Shown: in pieces, positions 45,057-54,400 of the stretch
Layout of the letters: each line of letters opens with the position of its first letter
Numbering within the stretch: position 1 is the first letter of the stretch
Source: Planctomycetota bacterium
GTDB lineage: Bacteria; Planctomycetota; J058
Reading direction: 5' to 3'
Assembly: GCA_003695705.1 (NCBI GenBank)
Contig: RFHU01000278.1
Coordinates: 552 to 64,551, forward strand
DNA: 64,000 nt
The notes under the pieces: generated by a model
What the model was told of the DNA's origin: nothing
The model's input: the letters and a program-made list of their open reading frames with translations, nothing else
Database searches by the model: none
Translations under genes and position numbers: made by a program

Positions 45057-45941
45057 CTAGACCCGGTCCGAAAGCAACTCGAGGACCTCGCGAGCTCGCT
45101 CGCGCACCTCGGGGTCCTCGTCGTCGATGACCAGTTCCACGTCGCTGGCGGCGGGACCGTAGCCGATCCGAGCGAGGCCTTCGAGGGCCTGCAGGCGCAC
45201 CTGAGGGTCCGGAGCGAACAGCTCCGCGGTGAGGAAGGGCACCGCGGCGGGGTCGCGGAGCGCGCCGAGGGCCTCGAGGCTCCTGCGTTCGAACTCGCGC
45301 AGATTCAGGAAGTTGAGGCGCTTGAGCCGCTCGAATTCGGCGCTCGTGTCGAGGAAGGGGCGACTGCGCCGGTAGTTGAAGGCGGCCGCCTCCCGCAGTC
45401 CGGGTTCGATGAGCGCCACGGCGGAGGCCAGGGGGGCCTTGCGCGTGGAGCGCAAGGGGCCTGGGGAGCGAAAGCGCTCCACCACGATCCTCTTCTGGGG
45501 GCCTTGCCCGGTTCGCCCGGCGCGCAGGGTGAGGCACGCGGGGCCCTCTTCGCCGGTCAGCACCGCGATGGGCACGCCCTCGGCGTCGCGGCAGGGGTCG
45601 AGCGCGGTGGGGTCGACGTGGTCCAGGCAGGGTTGGTGGTCGGCGAGGCGGTGCAGGCGGAGGGCGCAGAGGCTTGCCCAGAAGGCGTCGGCCTCTTCGG
45701 GGCTGAGCCGGCGTCCCCGCTGCCGAACCAGGCGGCGAGGCTTGGTGGTCGGACGCAGGTCTTCGTCGTAGTCGATGCGCAGGGAGAATTCGCGCACCCA
45801 GGCGCGCTTCCCGTTCCGCTCGACCCGGAGCCGCTGGTAGCGATAGAAGAACAAGCCGCTGCGCTCGCCGAGCAGCTCGACGCACCAAGTCGTCTCCTCG
45901 GGGCGAAAGACCTTTCGTCGACTCCTGCGCGGGCTTCGCAT
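45057..45941 (-). CDS. Hypothetical protein with C-terminal HEAT-type repeats
   Basis: ATG at 45941 after GAGGAG. C-terminal LGALRDPAAVPFLTAELFAPDPQVRLQALEGLARIG...DEDPEVRERAREVL is HEAT/PBS-lyase-like. Confidence 0.7.
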   Translation of the reverse strand: MRSPRRSRRKVFRPEETTWCVELLGERSGLFFYRYQRLRVERNGKRAWVREFSLRIDYDEDLRPTTKPRRLVRQRGRRLSPEEADAFWASLCALRLHRLADHQPCLDHVDPTALDPCRDAEGVPIAVLTGEEGPACLTLRAGRTGQGPQKRIVVERFRSPGPLRSTRKAPLASAVALIEPGLREAAAFNYRRSRPFLDTSAEFERLKRLNFLNLREFERRSLEALGALRDPAAVPFLTAELFAPDPQVRLQALEGLARIGYGPAASDVELVIDDEDPEVRERAREVLELLSDRV

Positions 45942-46023
45942 GCTCTCCTCGCTCTAGGGATAGACCCGCGACCGCAGCGCCGCAAGGTTCAATTTCACTG
46001 CGGGCGGAGATAAAGTCCGCCCC

Positions 46024-47124
46024 ATGAGCGACCTGCCGCCCGTCGACGAACTGGCTCCCCGGGTGGTGGAGCGCTGCGAGGAGGCCGTCCACGCCTTCGC
46101 CTTCGACACCTTCTGGGTGGGCGTTCGGATCCGGCCGCGGGCGGAGCGCTCCGCGGACGTCGTCGCGGCCTGGAAGGGAGAGCTCAAGCGTCGGGTGGGC
46201 GGGGAGCTCGTTCGCCGGTGGAGCGGCCTCGGCCGCGCGCCAGATCACCAGCGCCCTCAGATGCTCATGGTCTACGACCTCGAGCGCGACCGCGTGCGGC
46301 GCACCGTGCGCTCGGCATACGTCTACGGTCGCTACCGCAAGCTCGCCCGCGGCCTTCCGCAGACGCGGGCTCCCTGGCGCTGCACTTCCTGCCGCGGAGG
46401 GGGCTGCGGACAGTGCGAGGGGACCGGGCGCCAATACCCGACCTCCGTGGAGGACTTGCTGGGGGAACCCCTGCGGGCCGCCTACGGTGCGGCCTCGCAT
46501 CAACTCCACGGCATGGGACGCGAGGACATCGACGTTCGTTGCCTGGGCGCTGGCCGGCCCTTCGTGCTGGAGTTGCGCCGACCGCGGCGCCGTAGCGTGG
46601 ACCTCGCCGCCGTGGCGGAGGCCATCGTTCGCCACGCGTCCGGACGCGTCGAGCTTCCCGCCGGGCTTCGAGCCGTGGACGACGAGTCGCTCGTCGCGCG
46701 CCTCAAGGGTTGGGAGGCCGACAAACGCTACCGTGCGCTCTGCTCGGTGGGTGAGGCGGTCGTCGAGCCGGGGCAACTCGCTGCCCTCGAGGCGAGCCTC
46801 TCGGGCGCCGACATCGAACAGCGCACCCCCCGGAGGGTGGCGCGCCGCCGGGCGGACAAGGTACGGCGCCGTCGGGTGCGCCGTTTTCGCTGCGAAGACC
46901 TCGAGGGCAACCACTTCGCCGCGGTCATCGAGGCGCAGAGCGGCACCTACATCAAGGAGCTCATCTCCGGCGACGAGGGGCGCACGCGCCCCTCCGTGAG
47001 CGAACTCCTCGGCTCTCCTTGCGTTTGCGCGTCCCTGGACGTCCTCGCCATCTCCGTGCGCGACGACGAACTCCTGGCCCTGCCCAGCGATTCGGCCGCG
47101 GCCTCAGCCGATGCGCACCGGTAG
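46024..47124 (+). CDS. pus10: Pus10-family tRNA pseudouridine synthase (THUMP-like N-terminal region with Cys cluster plus catalytic domain)
   Basis: HGMGREDIDVRCLGAGRPFVLEL (catalytic Asp motif), IEQRTPRRVARRRADKVRRRRV, GTYIKELISGDEGRTRPSVSELLG, and CTSCRGGGCGQCEGTG. Confidence 0.85.
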   Translation: MSDLPPVDELAPRVVERCEEAVHAFAFDTFWVGVRIRPRAERSADVVAAWKGELKRRVGGELVRRWSGLGRAPDHQRPQMLMVYDLERDRVRRTVRSAYVYGRYRKLARGLPQTRAPWRCTSCRGGGCGQCEGTGRQYPTSVEDLLGEPLRAAYGAASHQLHGMGREDIDVRCLGAGRPFVLELRRPRRRSVDLAAVAEAIVRHASGRVELPAGLRAVDDESLVARLKGWEADKRYRALCSVGEAVVEPGQLAALEASLSGADIEQRTPRRVARRRADKVRRRRVRRFRCEDLEGNHFAAVIEAQSGTYIKELISGDEGRTRPSVSELLGSPCVCASLDVLAISVRDDELLALPSDSAAASADAHR

Positions 47125-48195
47125 GCGGCGACGGCCCCACGTCCCGGGCCGCTCCGCGAAGCGCCCGGGAAGCCGTGTCCCGCAGCTCCGGCAGCGCCCC
47201 TCGGCGTCGAGCGCGTAGCGACCGATCTCGTAGCCGTCGCGCTGCACGACCATCTCCCCGCACCCGGGGCAGTAGGTGCTCTGACCCTCGGGGTCGCTTA
47301 CGTTGCCCGTGTAGACGTGCTCGAGCCCGATCTCCTTGGCGATGGTCCGGGCGCGCCGCAGGGTCGCAGGCGGCGTGGGAGGGACGTCGCGCATCCGGAA
47401 GTCGGGGTGGAAGGCGGTGAAGTGCAGCGGGACGTGGGGGCCGAGGGAGGCGATGACCCACTCGCTCATGCGCTTCAGCTCTTCGTCCCCGTCGTTGTGG
47501 CCCGGGATGAGCAGGGTCGTGAGTTCGACCCACACGTCGGTTTCGTGGACGAGGTAGCGGAGCGTATCGAGCACCGGCTGCAGGTGTCCCGCGCAGAGCT
47601 TCTGGTAGAAGTCCTCGCTGAACCCCTTGAGGTCGACGTTGGCGGCATCCATGGCGTCGAAGAACTCGCTGCGGGCCTCCGCGGTGATGTAGCCCGCCGT
47701 GACCGCCACCGTGCGAATGCCGCGATCGTGGCAGGCGGCAGCCGTGTCGATGGCGTACTCGGCGAAGATGACGGGGTCGTTGTAGGTGAAGGCGACGCTT
47801 TGGCAGCCGAGCTCCCGAGCCGCTTCCGCGATGGCCTCCGGCCCGGCTTCGGCCTGCAGGCGGTCGTTGGTCCGCGCCTTGCTGATGTCCCAGTTCTGGC
47901 AGTACTGGCAGCCCAAATTGCAACCTGCGGTTCCGAAGCTGAGGATGGGCGACCCCGGCAAGAAGTGGTTCAGGGGCTTCTTCTCGATGGGATCCACGCA
48001 AAAGCCGCTGCTGCGGCCGTAGGTCTCTAGGACCATGCGGCCGTCGCGGTTGGCGCGCACGTAGCAGAAGCCGCGCTGTCCAGGGCGAGGCTTGCAGTAG
48101 CGGGGACACAGGTCGCACCGCACGCGGCCGTCCTCCCCTTCGAGGGGATGCCACCAGCGCGCAGGATGGCCGTCGTTGGGCTTCACGCGGTGCAT
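47104..48195 (-). CDS. AmmeMemoRadiSam-system-type radical SAM enzyme (PflA-like activase fold)
   Basis: VRCDLCPRYCKPRPGQRGFCYVR, DPIEKKPLNHF, GTAGCNLGCQYCQNWDIS (CX3CX2C), and a C-terminal CPGCGEMV...CRSCG zinc ribbon. The 3' end overlaps pus10 by 21 nt. Confidence 0.85.
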   Translation of the reverse strand: MHRVKPNDGHPARWWHPLEGEDGRVRCDLCPRYCKPRPGQRGFCYVRANRDGRMVLETYGRSSGFCVDPIEKKPLNHFLPGSPILSFGTAGCNLGCQYCQNWDISKARTNDRLQAEAGPEAIAEAARELGCQSVAFTYNDPVIFAEYAIDTAAACHDRGIRTVAVTAGYITAEARSEFFDAMDAANVDLKGFSEDFYQKLCAGHLQPVLDTLRYLVHETDVWVELTTLLIPGHNDGDEELKRMSEWVIASLGPHVPLHFTAFHPDFRMRDVPPTPPATLRRARTIAKEIGLEHVYTGNVSDPEGQSTYCPGCGEMVVQRDGYEIGRYALDAEGRCRSCGTRLPGRFAERPGTWGRRRLPVRIG

Positions 48196-48424
48196 CCTAG
48201 CCCCCGCCGAGGTTCCGGGAAGGGGTCTGGGGCCGCCCTCGACGCTCCCGGGAGCCGGGGTGGCTCGCCCGGGGGAGCCGCACGGGCCGGCTGCCCGGAG
48301 TGCGCGGACGCCAGTCCGTGCCGCGCCGGGCGACGGTCCCGAGCCGAACCTGCCCGCGTCTCCCTGCGCCCCGAGCGGACTCTTCTCGCCGGCCTGCTAG
48401 GATGAGACAGGAACGGGAGTTCGC

Positions 48425-48916
48425 ATGACCTCCGACGACCGCCGGCACATCCACGAACTCGAAGAGCGCCTCCGGCTGCTCGAGCGCGGCTTCCTGCTTC
48501 AGGAGAAGCGGATCTGGTCGCAGACCATGCTCGGGAGGCTCGAGCGAGACGAATTCATGGCCGGCGCCTCCCCCGCGGAAAAGGAGCGCACGCGACGCCT
48601 CTTGCAGGGGAACTTGCGGGTGGCGGTGGAGATGCTCGATCGCATCGCCGAGGACCTCGGCTACGACCGTCCTACGGTGTTCCAGCTCCTCGAGCCCGAG
48701 TTCGTCTATGGGGCGCCGGGCACGGACGTGGGCGAGAAGCTCACCGAACAGCTCGAGCGGGTGGACGCCCGAGAACGGGAGTCGGGCACCTCGCACCTCA
48801 GCTCGATGCTCCGCGACCTCAAGACCCGCCACGACCCCTTCTTGGGCGAAGTGCAGCAGCAGGTCCAGCGGGACGTCGACCTGCACACGGTCTTCGGCGA
48901 GCTCGTCTCCGACTGA
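48425..48916 (+). CDS. Hypothetical protein (helical, 163 aa)
   Basis: ATG at 48425 after GGGAG. Balanced, protein-like composition. No family recognised. Confidence 0.65.
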   Translation: MTSDDRRHIHELEERLRLLERGFLLQEKRIWSQTMLGRLERDEFMAGASPAEKERTRRLLQGNLRVAVEMLDRIAEDLGYDRPTVFQLLEPEFVYGAPGTDVGEKLTEQLERVDARERESGTSHLSSMLRDLKTRHDPFLGEVQQQVQRDVDLHTVFGELVSD

Positions 48917-49106
48917 GCACGGCGAGCCCAGCCGGCCGGGCGTTGGACGGGCCGCCCGCAGGGTTCGGCGCAGCGCGAGGCGACGGGGAGCAAGGGGTTG
49001 TGGCGATGCGGCCGGGCCCCGAGGGCAGTGCCCGCACCTTCCAGGGGTCTGCTTGGTTTCGCCCGCCGGGCGTTCTATGCTTTGGGCGTTCCCTGCGGAG
49101 GGCTCC

Positions 49107-50003
49107 ATGTCTCCAACCGGCGCGGACCTCGACGCGCTTGCCCAGGAAGCCCGCGGCCTGCTGAGCGAACTCGAGCGGGCCCTCGTTCAGGGCCATCTCG
49201 AGCGGCGCGGGCCCGAGGCGACCCTGCGCCGGTTCGCGGGGCGGTTTCGGGCCTGGCGACGACGCCTGGAGGCGAGCCCCTCTGCGCGCGAGCGCGCGCA
49301 GCGGCAACGCCTCGGAGAGTGGTTCGAGCGGCACCGTGCCGCGCTCGTAGCCGAGGCCGAACGTGCCCACCGGGACCGCACCAAGGAACCAGACGCCTTC
49401 GGGCTGCGCGCAGGGCCGGGCGTGGGGTCCGACGGGGCCGCGCAGGACCTTCCGCGGCTCGTCCGCCGCGCGGTCGACGAGGCGCTCGACCTCCGGCGTG
49501 TCCCCGGCGATCTGCGCGCGGTGGTCTCCGCCTCCCTCGGCGACTGGGTCCTGCGCCAACCTGAGCTGCAGCCTGCCTTCGCCGCCCTCTGGAGCGCGCT
49601 CTGCGCCGCCGCCGAATACCTGCGGCGCGGGCTCTTCTTCCTCGACGCCTGCGAGTCCTTGCGCGCGGCGGTGGAAGACCGCAGCGCCATCGCAGCGGAA
49701 GACCTCGCTGCCCTCGAAGATCGCCTCGCCGAGCTCGGCCGAGAGCGCCGCGGCCTCGAGTCCCTCGCCGAGCGCTGGATCCGTGACGGGGCTTCCCGCG
49801 CGGCCGGGCGTCCCAGCCTGGACCCGCGGCTCCTGCTCGGTCCTTTGGATTCCTTTCTCGACGGCCTCGAGCGGGATGCCGGCATCGCGTCGAGCGCGAA
49901 CCGCATCCAGCTCACCCTCCGGCGTGGGCTGACCGTCGAGAATCCGCCCGACGCGGTCCGCTCCGGTCCTTCCGTTTGCACTGCCCTCGAGGCCCGGTTC
50001 TGA
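49107..50003 (+). CDS. Hypothetical protein (helical, 298 aa)
   Basis: An internal ATG at 49107 is chosen because the upstream part of the 431-aa ORF is Arg/Pro junk. Ends 4 nt before the gpD-like gene. Confidence 0.55.
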   Translation: MSPTGADLDALAQEARGLLSELERALVQGHLERRGPEATLRRFAGRFRAWRRRLEASPSARERAQRQRLGEWFERHRAALVAEAERAHRDRTKEPDAFGLRAGPGVGSDGAAQDLPRLVRRAVDEALDLRRVPGDLRAVVSASLGDWVLRQPELQPAFAALWSALCAAAEYLRRGLFFLDACESLRAAVEDRSAIAAEDLAALEDRLAELGRERRGLESLAERWIRDGASRAAGRPSLDPRLLLGPLDSFLDGLERDAGIASSANRIQLTLRRGLTVENPPDAVRSGPSVCTALEARF

Positions 50004-50007
50004 CGCC

Positions 50008-51372
50008 ATGGCCGCCTCCGACCCCGCCGGCACCGACAAGCTCACGCCGAAGTTCGAACTCCTCATCGATGGCGCCGCGGCGGACGCGGCCGTCGTGGAG
50101 TCCATCATCACGATCCGCGTCCATCAACACCTCGAATTGGCCGATGCCATCGAGCTCCGGCTCTCCAACGACGACTTCGCCTGGACCGACGGGGAGACCT
50201 TCCGTGAGGGCACTTCGCTGAGCGTGAAGCTGGGCTACGAGGAGGGCGGCGGGAAGCTCGTCGAGGTCGCCAGCGGCGAGGTCGTCCGCCTCGACTGCGA
50301 GTTCCCCGTCCGCGGTCCGGCCGTGGTCACCGTGGTCGCTTACGACAAGGAACACCGCCTCAAGCGCGGCGTCCACAACCGGACTTTCGTGGACATGAAG
50401 GACTCGGAGATTGCCGGCAAGATCGCCGGAGAGGTCGGCCTCTCCGCCGACGTCGAGGACAGCGGAGTGAAGCACCGCTATGTCTTCCAGTCCATGCAGA
50501 CGAACCTCTCCTTCCTGCGCGAGCGAGCCTTCCTGTGCGGTTTCGTCCTCGACATCGACCGCGCGAACCGGCGCCTCTCCTTCAAGAAGCCCGCCGAAGG
50601 CCAGGCGGTCGCGACCCTCACCTGGGGAGCCAACCTGCTCTCCTTCGCCCCGCGGATGACGACGGACGAGCAGGTCTCGAAGGTCACCGTCCGCGGTTGG
50701 GACATGGCGCAGAAGAAGATGATCGAGGGGAGTGCGACGGCCAAGGACGCCCGCCTGCGCTTCGATGCGCAGGACAAGGGCGCCGCCCTCGCCGAGCGGG
50801 CCTACGGCGCGCGCGAGGTTCTCTACAGCGATCGCCCCTTCCACGAGGTTGCCGAAGGGACCGCCATGGCGGTGGCGCGGCTCAACGAGCACGCCCTCCG
50901 CTACGTCGAAGGGCGTGCGAGCTGCCAGGGCGAGCCCAAGATCGAGGCCGGCTCGGTGGTGCGCATCGAGAAGACCAGTGCCCGCACCGACGGCGACTAC
51001 TACGTGGTCAAGGTGCTGCACCACTTCGAGCCGGGGGTGGGCTACTCGACGCATTTCGAGATCGCTCGCTCCGCCGAGCGGCTCGCGCCCGCCGAGCGGG
51101 AGGAACTCCCCGAGCCGGTGCCTGCCCGGTCGGCCGAGCCGACCGAGCGGCCCCACTGGGTCGCCTTCGAGGTGGTGTCCGAGACGGGCGAGTCCCTCGA
51201 GGGAACTTCGTGGAAGGTCACCCTTCCGGGCGGGAAGATCGAGCAAGGAACCCTCGGACCCGACCAGACCATCCGCCTCGAAGGCGTCCGCAACCCGGGC
51301 GACTGCAAGATCGAGCTCGGCGTTCCCGACGACCTCCAGCCCCTACCGACCGAGAGCGAAGACGCAGACTGA
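50008..51372 (+). CDS. Phage late control gene D / VgrG-Pvc8-like baseplate hub protein with an extra C-terminal beta domain
   Basis: KFELLIDGAAADAAVVESIITIRVHQHLELADAIELRLSNDD, LTWGANLLSFAPRMTTDEQVSKVTVRGWD, TDGDYYVVKVLHHFEPGVGYSTHFEIAR. These are typical Phage_GPD features. Confidence 0.8.
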   Translation: MAASDPAGTDKLTPKFELLIDGAAADAAVVESIITIRVHQHLELADAIELRLSNDDFAWTDGETFREGTSLSVKLGYEEGGGKLVEVASGEVVRLDCEFPVRGPAVVTVVAYDKEHRLKRGVHNRTFVDMKDSEIAGKIAGEVGLSADVEDSGVKHRYVFQSMQTNLSFLRERAFLCGFVLDIDRANRRLSFKKPAEGQAVATLTWGANLLSFAPRMTTDEQVSKVTVRGWDMAQKKMIEGSATAKDARLRFDAQDKGAALAERAYGAREVLYSDRPFHEVAEGTAMAVARLNEHALRYVEGRASCQGEPKIEAGSVVRIEKTSARTDGDYYVVKVLHHFEPGVGYSTHFEIARSAERLAPAEREELPEPVPARSAEPTERPHWVAFEVVSETGESLEGTSWKVTLPGGKIEQGTLGPDQTIRLEGVRNPGDCKIELGVPDDLQPLPTESEDAD

Positions 51373-51439
51373 GCGAGGTCCCCCGGCTCGCGTACGCTGC
51401 GCCCCGCTCGTTGCGTTCGGTCCGCGCGACGGATTTCGT

Positions 51440-54400
51440 TCAGCGCTCTCCCAACAACCTGGTATGCCGCGCGGTCCGCGAACGTCGCACGAGTTCCTGC
51501 ACCGGAGGAAGAAGGACCTCGGGACGGCTTGGCTCGGCCCAGAAGGCCGGGGTATTGCAGAAGTAGGGCACCCACCGCTTCTCGCACACCAAGTTTCCCA
51601 GGAGCCGCGCCACCTCCTGCGGATGGCGTAGCCAGCCCTGGCACTCGGCCGCGAACACCCGCAGGATCCAGCGATCCGCAGGCGCCTTCGTCCCCCAGGC
51701 GAAGGGATCGACCATTCGCCGGGCCCGCTCCAACCAGCGCAAGGCTCCCGCCCAGTCTCCGAGATCCAGGCGCAGCATGCCCTGCAAGACGGCCGCGCCG
51801 GCAAGGTGCGGCCGCCTTTCGCTCAAGCCCTCGGCGCGACGCAGCGCGGAGAGCAGGCGTTCGGTCGGAACGGACACCCGCTGAAGCCGCACGCGCACCG
51901 CCGCGAGCGCCAAGCGCAGTTCCGCGTCGCGGACCAGGGGAAGGCGGGAGAACGGAGGCTGGTCGTCGAGGATGCGGAGAAGGTTGGAGCGATAGGCTTC
52001 GGAGAAGGCGACGCTCGACGGGTCGTTCCGGTCCCCTTGCGGTATGCGCCGGGCTTCTTCGACGAGCAAACGGAGGAAACGGCGCGGCTCGAGTTCGAAG
52101 CCGAGCGCGTAGACGTCGAAGCCGAGGATGGGGTTGCCCGTGAGCATGAAGCCCACCGCGTACTGGTAGTAGCTCTCCCCTGCCGCGGGATCGAGGTGCT
52201 GCAACTCGAACACGGCTTCGCTGGCCTGCTTGGTTGGTTCGATCCGTCGCGCGCGGGTGTCGACGCTCCCCTTGCGGAGCACCGCGCGGAGAGCGAGTGC
52301 CTTCTTCTGGTCCGCCTGGGCCGCCTCGGCGCGCGCCGCGGCGAGGCGCGTGACTTCCTCGTCGCCGGTCGCCTCGCCTGCGAGCCGCAGTGCCCTCGCC
52401 AGACCCAGGCGCAGTTCGGGAGGCAGCGGAGGGTCCTCCGCCAGCTCCGAGGCGCGGCGCAGGAGTCCGATCACCTCCGGCTCGGGACCCGGGGGCAGAA
52501 CGCGCGCAGCCAGGCGCAGCACCCGCCACTGCTTGGCCCGCCGCTCGAGGACACGCTTCCCTCCCCGGCTCTCGAGGCATTCGAGTGCGCGCGCGAAGGC
52601 CCTGGCGGCGGACGCCCTTCGCTCCGGAGGGGCGCCGTCTTCTTGCGTCGAGCGTGGGACCAGCTCGAAGAGCCCGCGCGCCAACCAAGCCTCCGCGGGA
52701 GCCCGGTCGAAGTCGACTCGCCCCAGGGCTTCTTCCGCCGCAGCCAAGTTCCCCTCCCAGAAGCGTGCCAAGGCGAGCCCCGCCCAGGCCCTGGCTCCTG
52801 CGCCGCGTCCCAGGGCGAGCAGGTAGGCGCGCCGGGCTCGCTTCGCGCGACTCCGTGCCTCCTGCTCCTCCTCTCCCCGCAGCCAGGCGCCCTCCGCCGC
52901 AGCCAGCTCGGCGCAGCCCTCGCGCATCAGGCGGGCTGCCTCTGCGGCGTCCTGCCGACTCGGAGGCGGCGCCTTCGGATCTCCCGCGCGGCGGGCGCTA
53001 CGCACCGCCAGCGCAGCCACGGCAGCGCGTTCCCGCTCGCCGCGTGGTTCTCCCGAAGCCTCGGGCGCGGGCCCTTCCTCGCCGGAGCGCGCCCTGAGGT
53101 CGTAGGCCTCGCGGCGAAGCAAGGCGGCGGGCAGCCCTCCAGCCTCGGTCGCCTCCAGCCGCTCCTGCGCGCGTTCGGCGCTCTCGAGGGCCCGCCTCTG
53201 CTCCAGCGTCCGTGCCCAACCCAGCGCCTCCCCGAGGCGGGCCGCGGCGTCGGCGGCGGAAACCCAGGGACCCGCTTCGGTGTCGAGGCGCGTGGCGCGC
53301 ACCGTGTCCTGGGGAGCGGCCCTCAACGCCCGCGCGAAGGCCTCCGCTGCGCTGGCGAACCAACCCAGGCCGAGCAGGACCTTTCCCTCGAGGCGCGCGG
53401 CGCGCGCCTGCACCTGGGGAGGGACGGCCTGGCTCGACTGGAGATCGCTCCACTGGCGCAGCTCGGCGAGCAAGCGCACCGCCTGCGCAGACTCGCCTCC
53501 TCCGAGCCGCAAGCAGGCGAGTTCGACGCGACCGAGGTCGGCTTCGAGCCCCTCAGCGCCTTCGAGCGCCGCCTGGGCCGCGGCCAGAGCCTGCTCGCGG
53601 GCGCGCGGCGTGGCCGCGGTCTCGGCGCGGAACAGGGTCACCTCGAGTGGCGCGTCCTCGACCTCCGGGAGGCCGGCCCGCGCACGCGCCCAGGCCAGGA
53701 TCCAACGACGCTCCTCGGCTTCGTCCTCGGCAACGCCCGCCGGTTCGGGGCCCAGGACTTCGAGGCAGCGGACGGCGTCGGCGGCACGCCCCGCGGCGAG
53801 GAGCACTCGCGCCCGCAAGGCTTCGAAGGCCCGCGCCCCGGCTTGCGCGACGGGGCCCGCAGGCGCAGCGGAGAAGACCTCCAAGAGGCTGTGCAGCTTC
53901 GCCCCGGTCAGCGGAAGCGGACCCTTCTCCTCGCCGTCGGACCAGGCTTCGATCCAGGCTTTGCGAGCGCGGGCTCGGAGCCGGGCGCCCTCGAGGAACT
54001 TCACCAGACCTCGGAGTCGCTCGACGGCTTCTCCCTCGGAAATGCCGAGGGCACGACCCCGCGCCAGCGCGTCGCGTGCGTGCTGCAAGGGCTCTGCCAA
54101 GGCCCTTTCCGCAGCCGCGGGAGGTCGCGAGCCGAGGCGCTGTCCTTCCCGGTCGAGGCGCTCGGCCAGAGCGCTCAGTTCCTCGCGAACGGCGCGCCGT
54201 GCCCGGGCGCGCAGCCAGACGGCAACGCCGATGGACAGGAGCAGCGCACCGACGATCGCCAGCGGCGCGCCCACGGCGAGGCGGCGGTGGCGGCGGACCC
54301 ACGCCCGCAAGCGCTCTTCGGCCCCCAGCCGGCGCGCCGAAACTGGTTCGCCCCGTGCGAGGGCCCGGAGGTCGGTGGCGAGGTCCTTGGCCGTGGGGTA

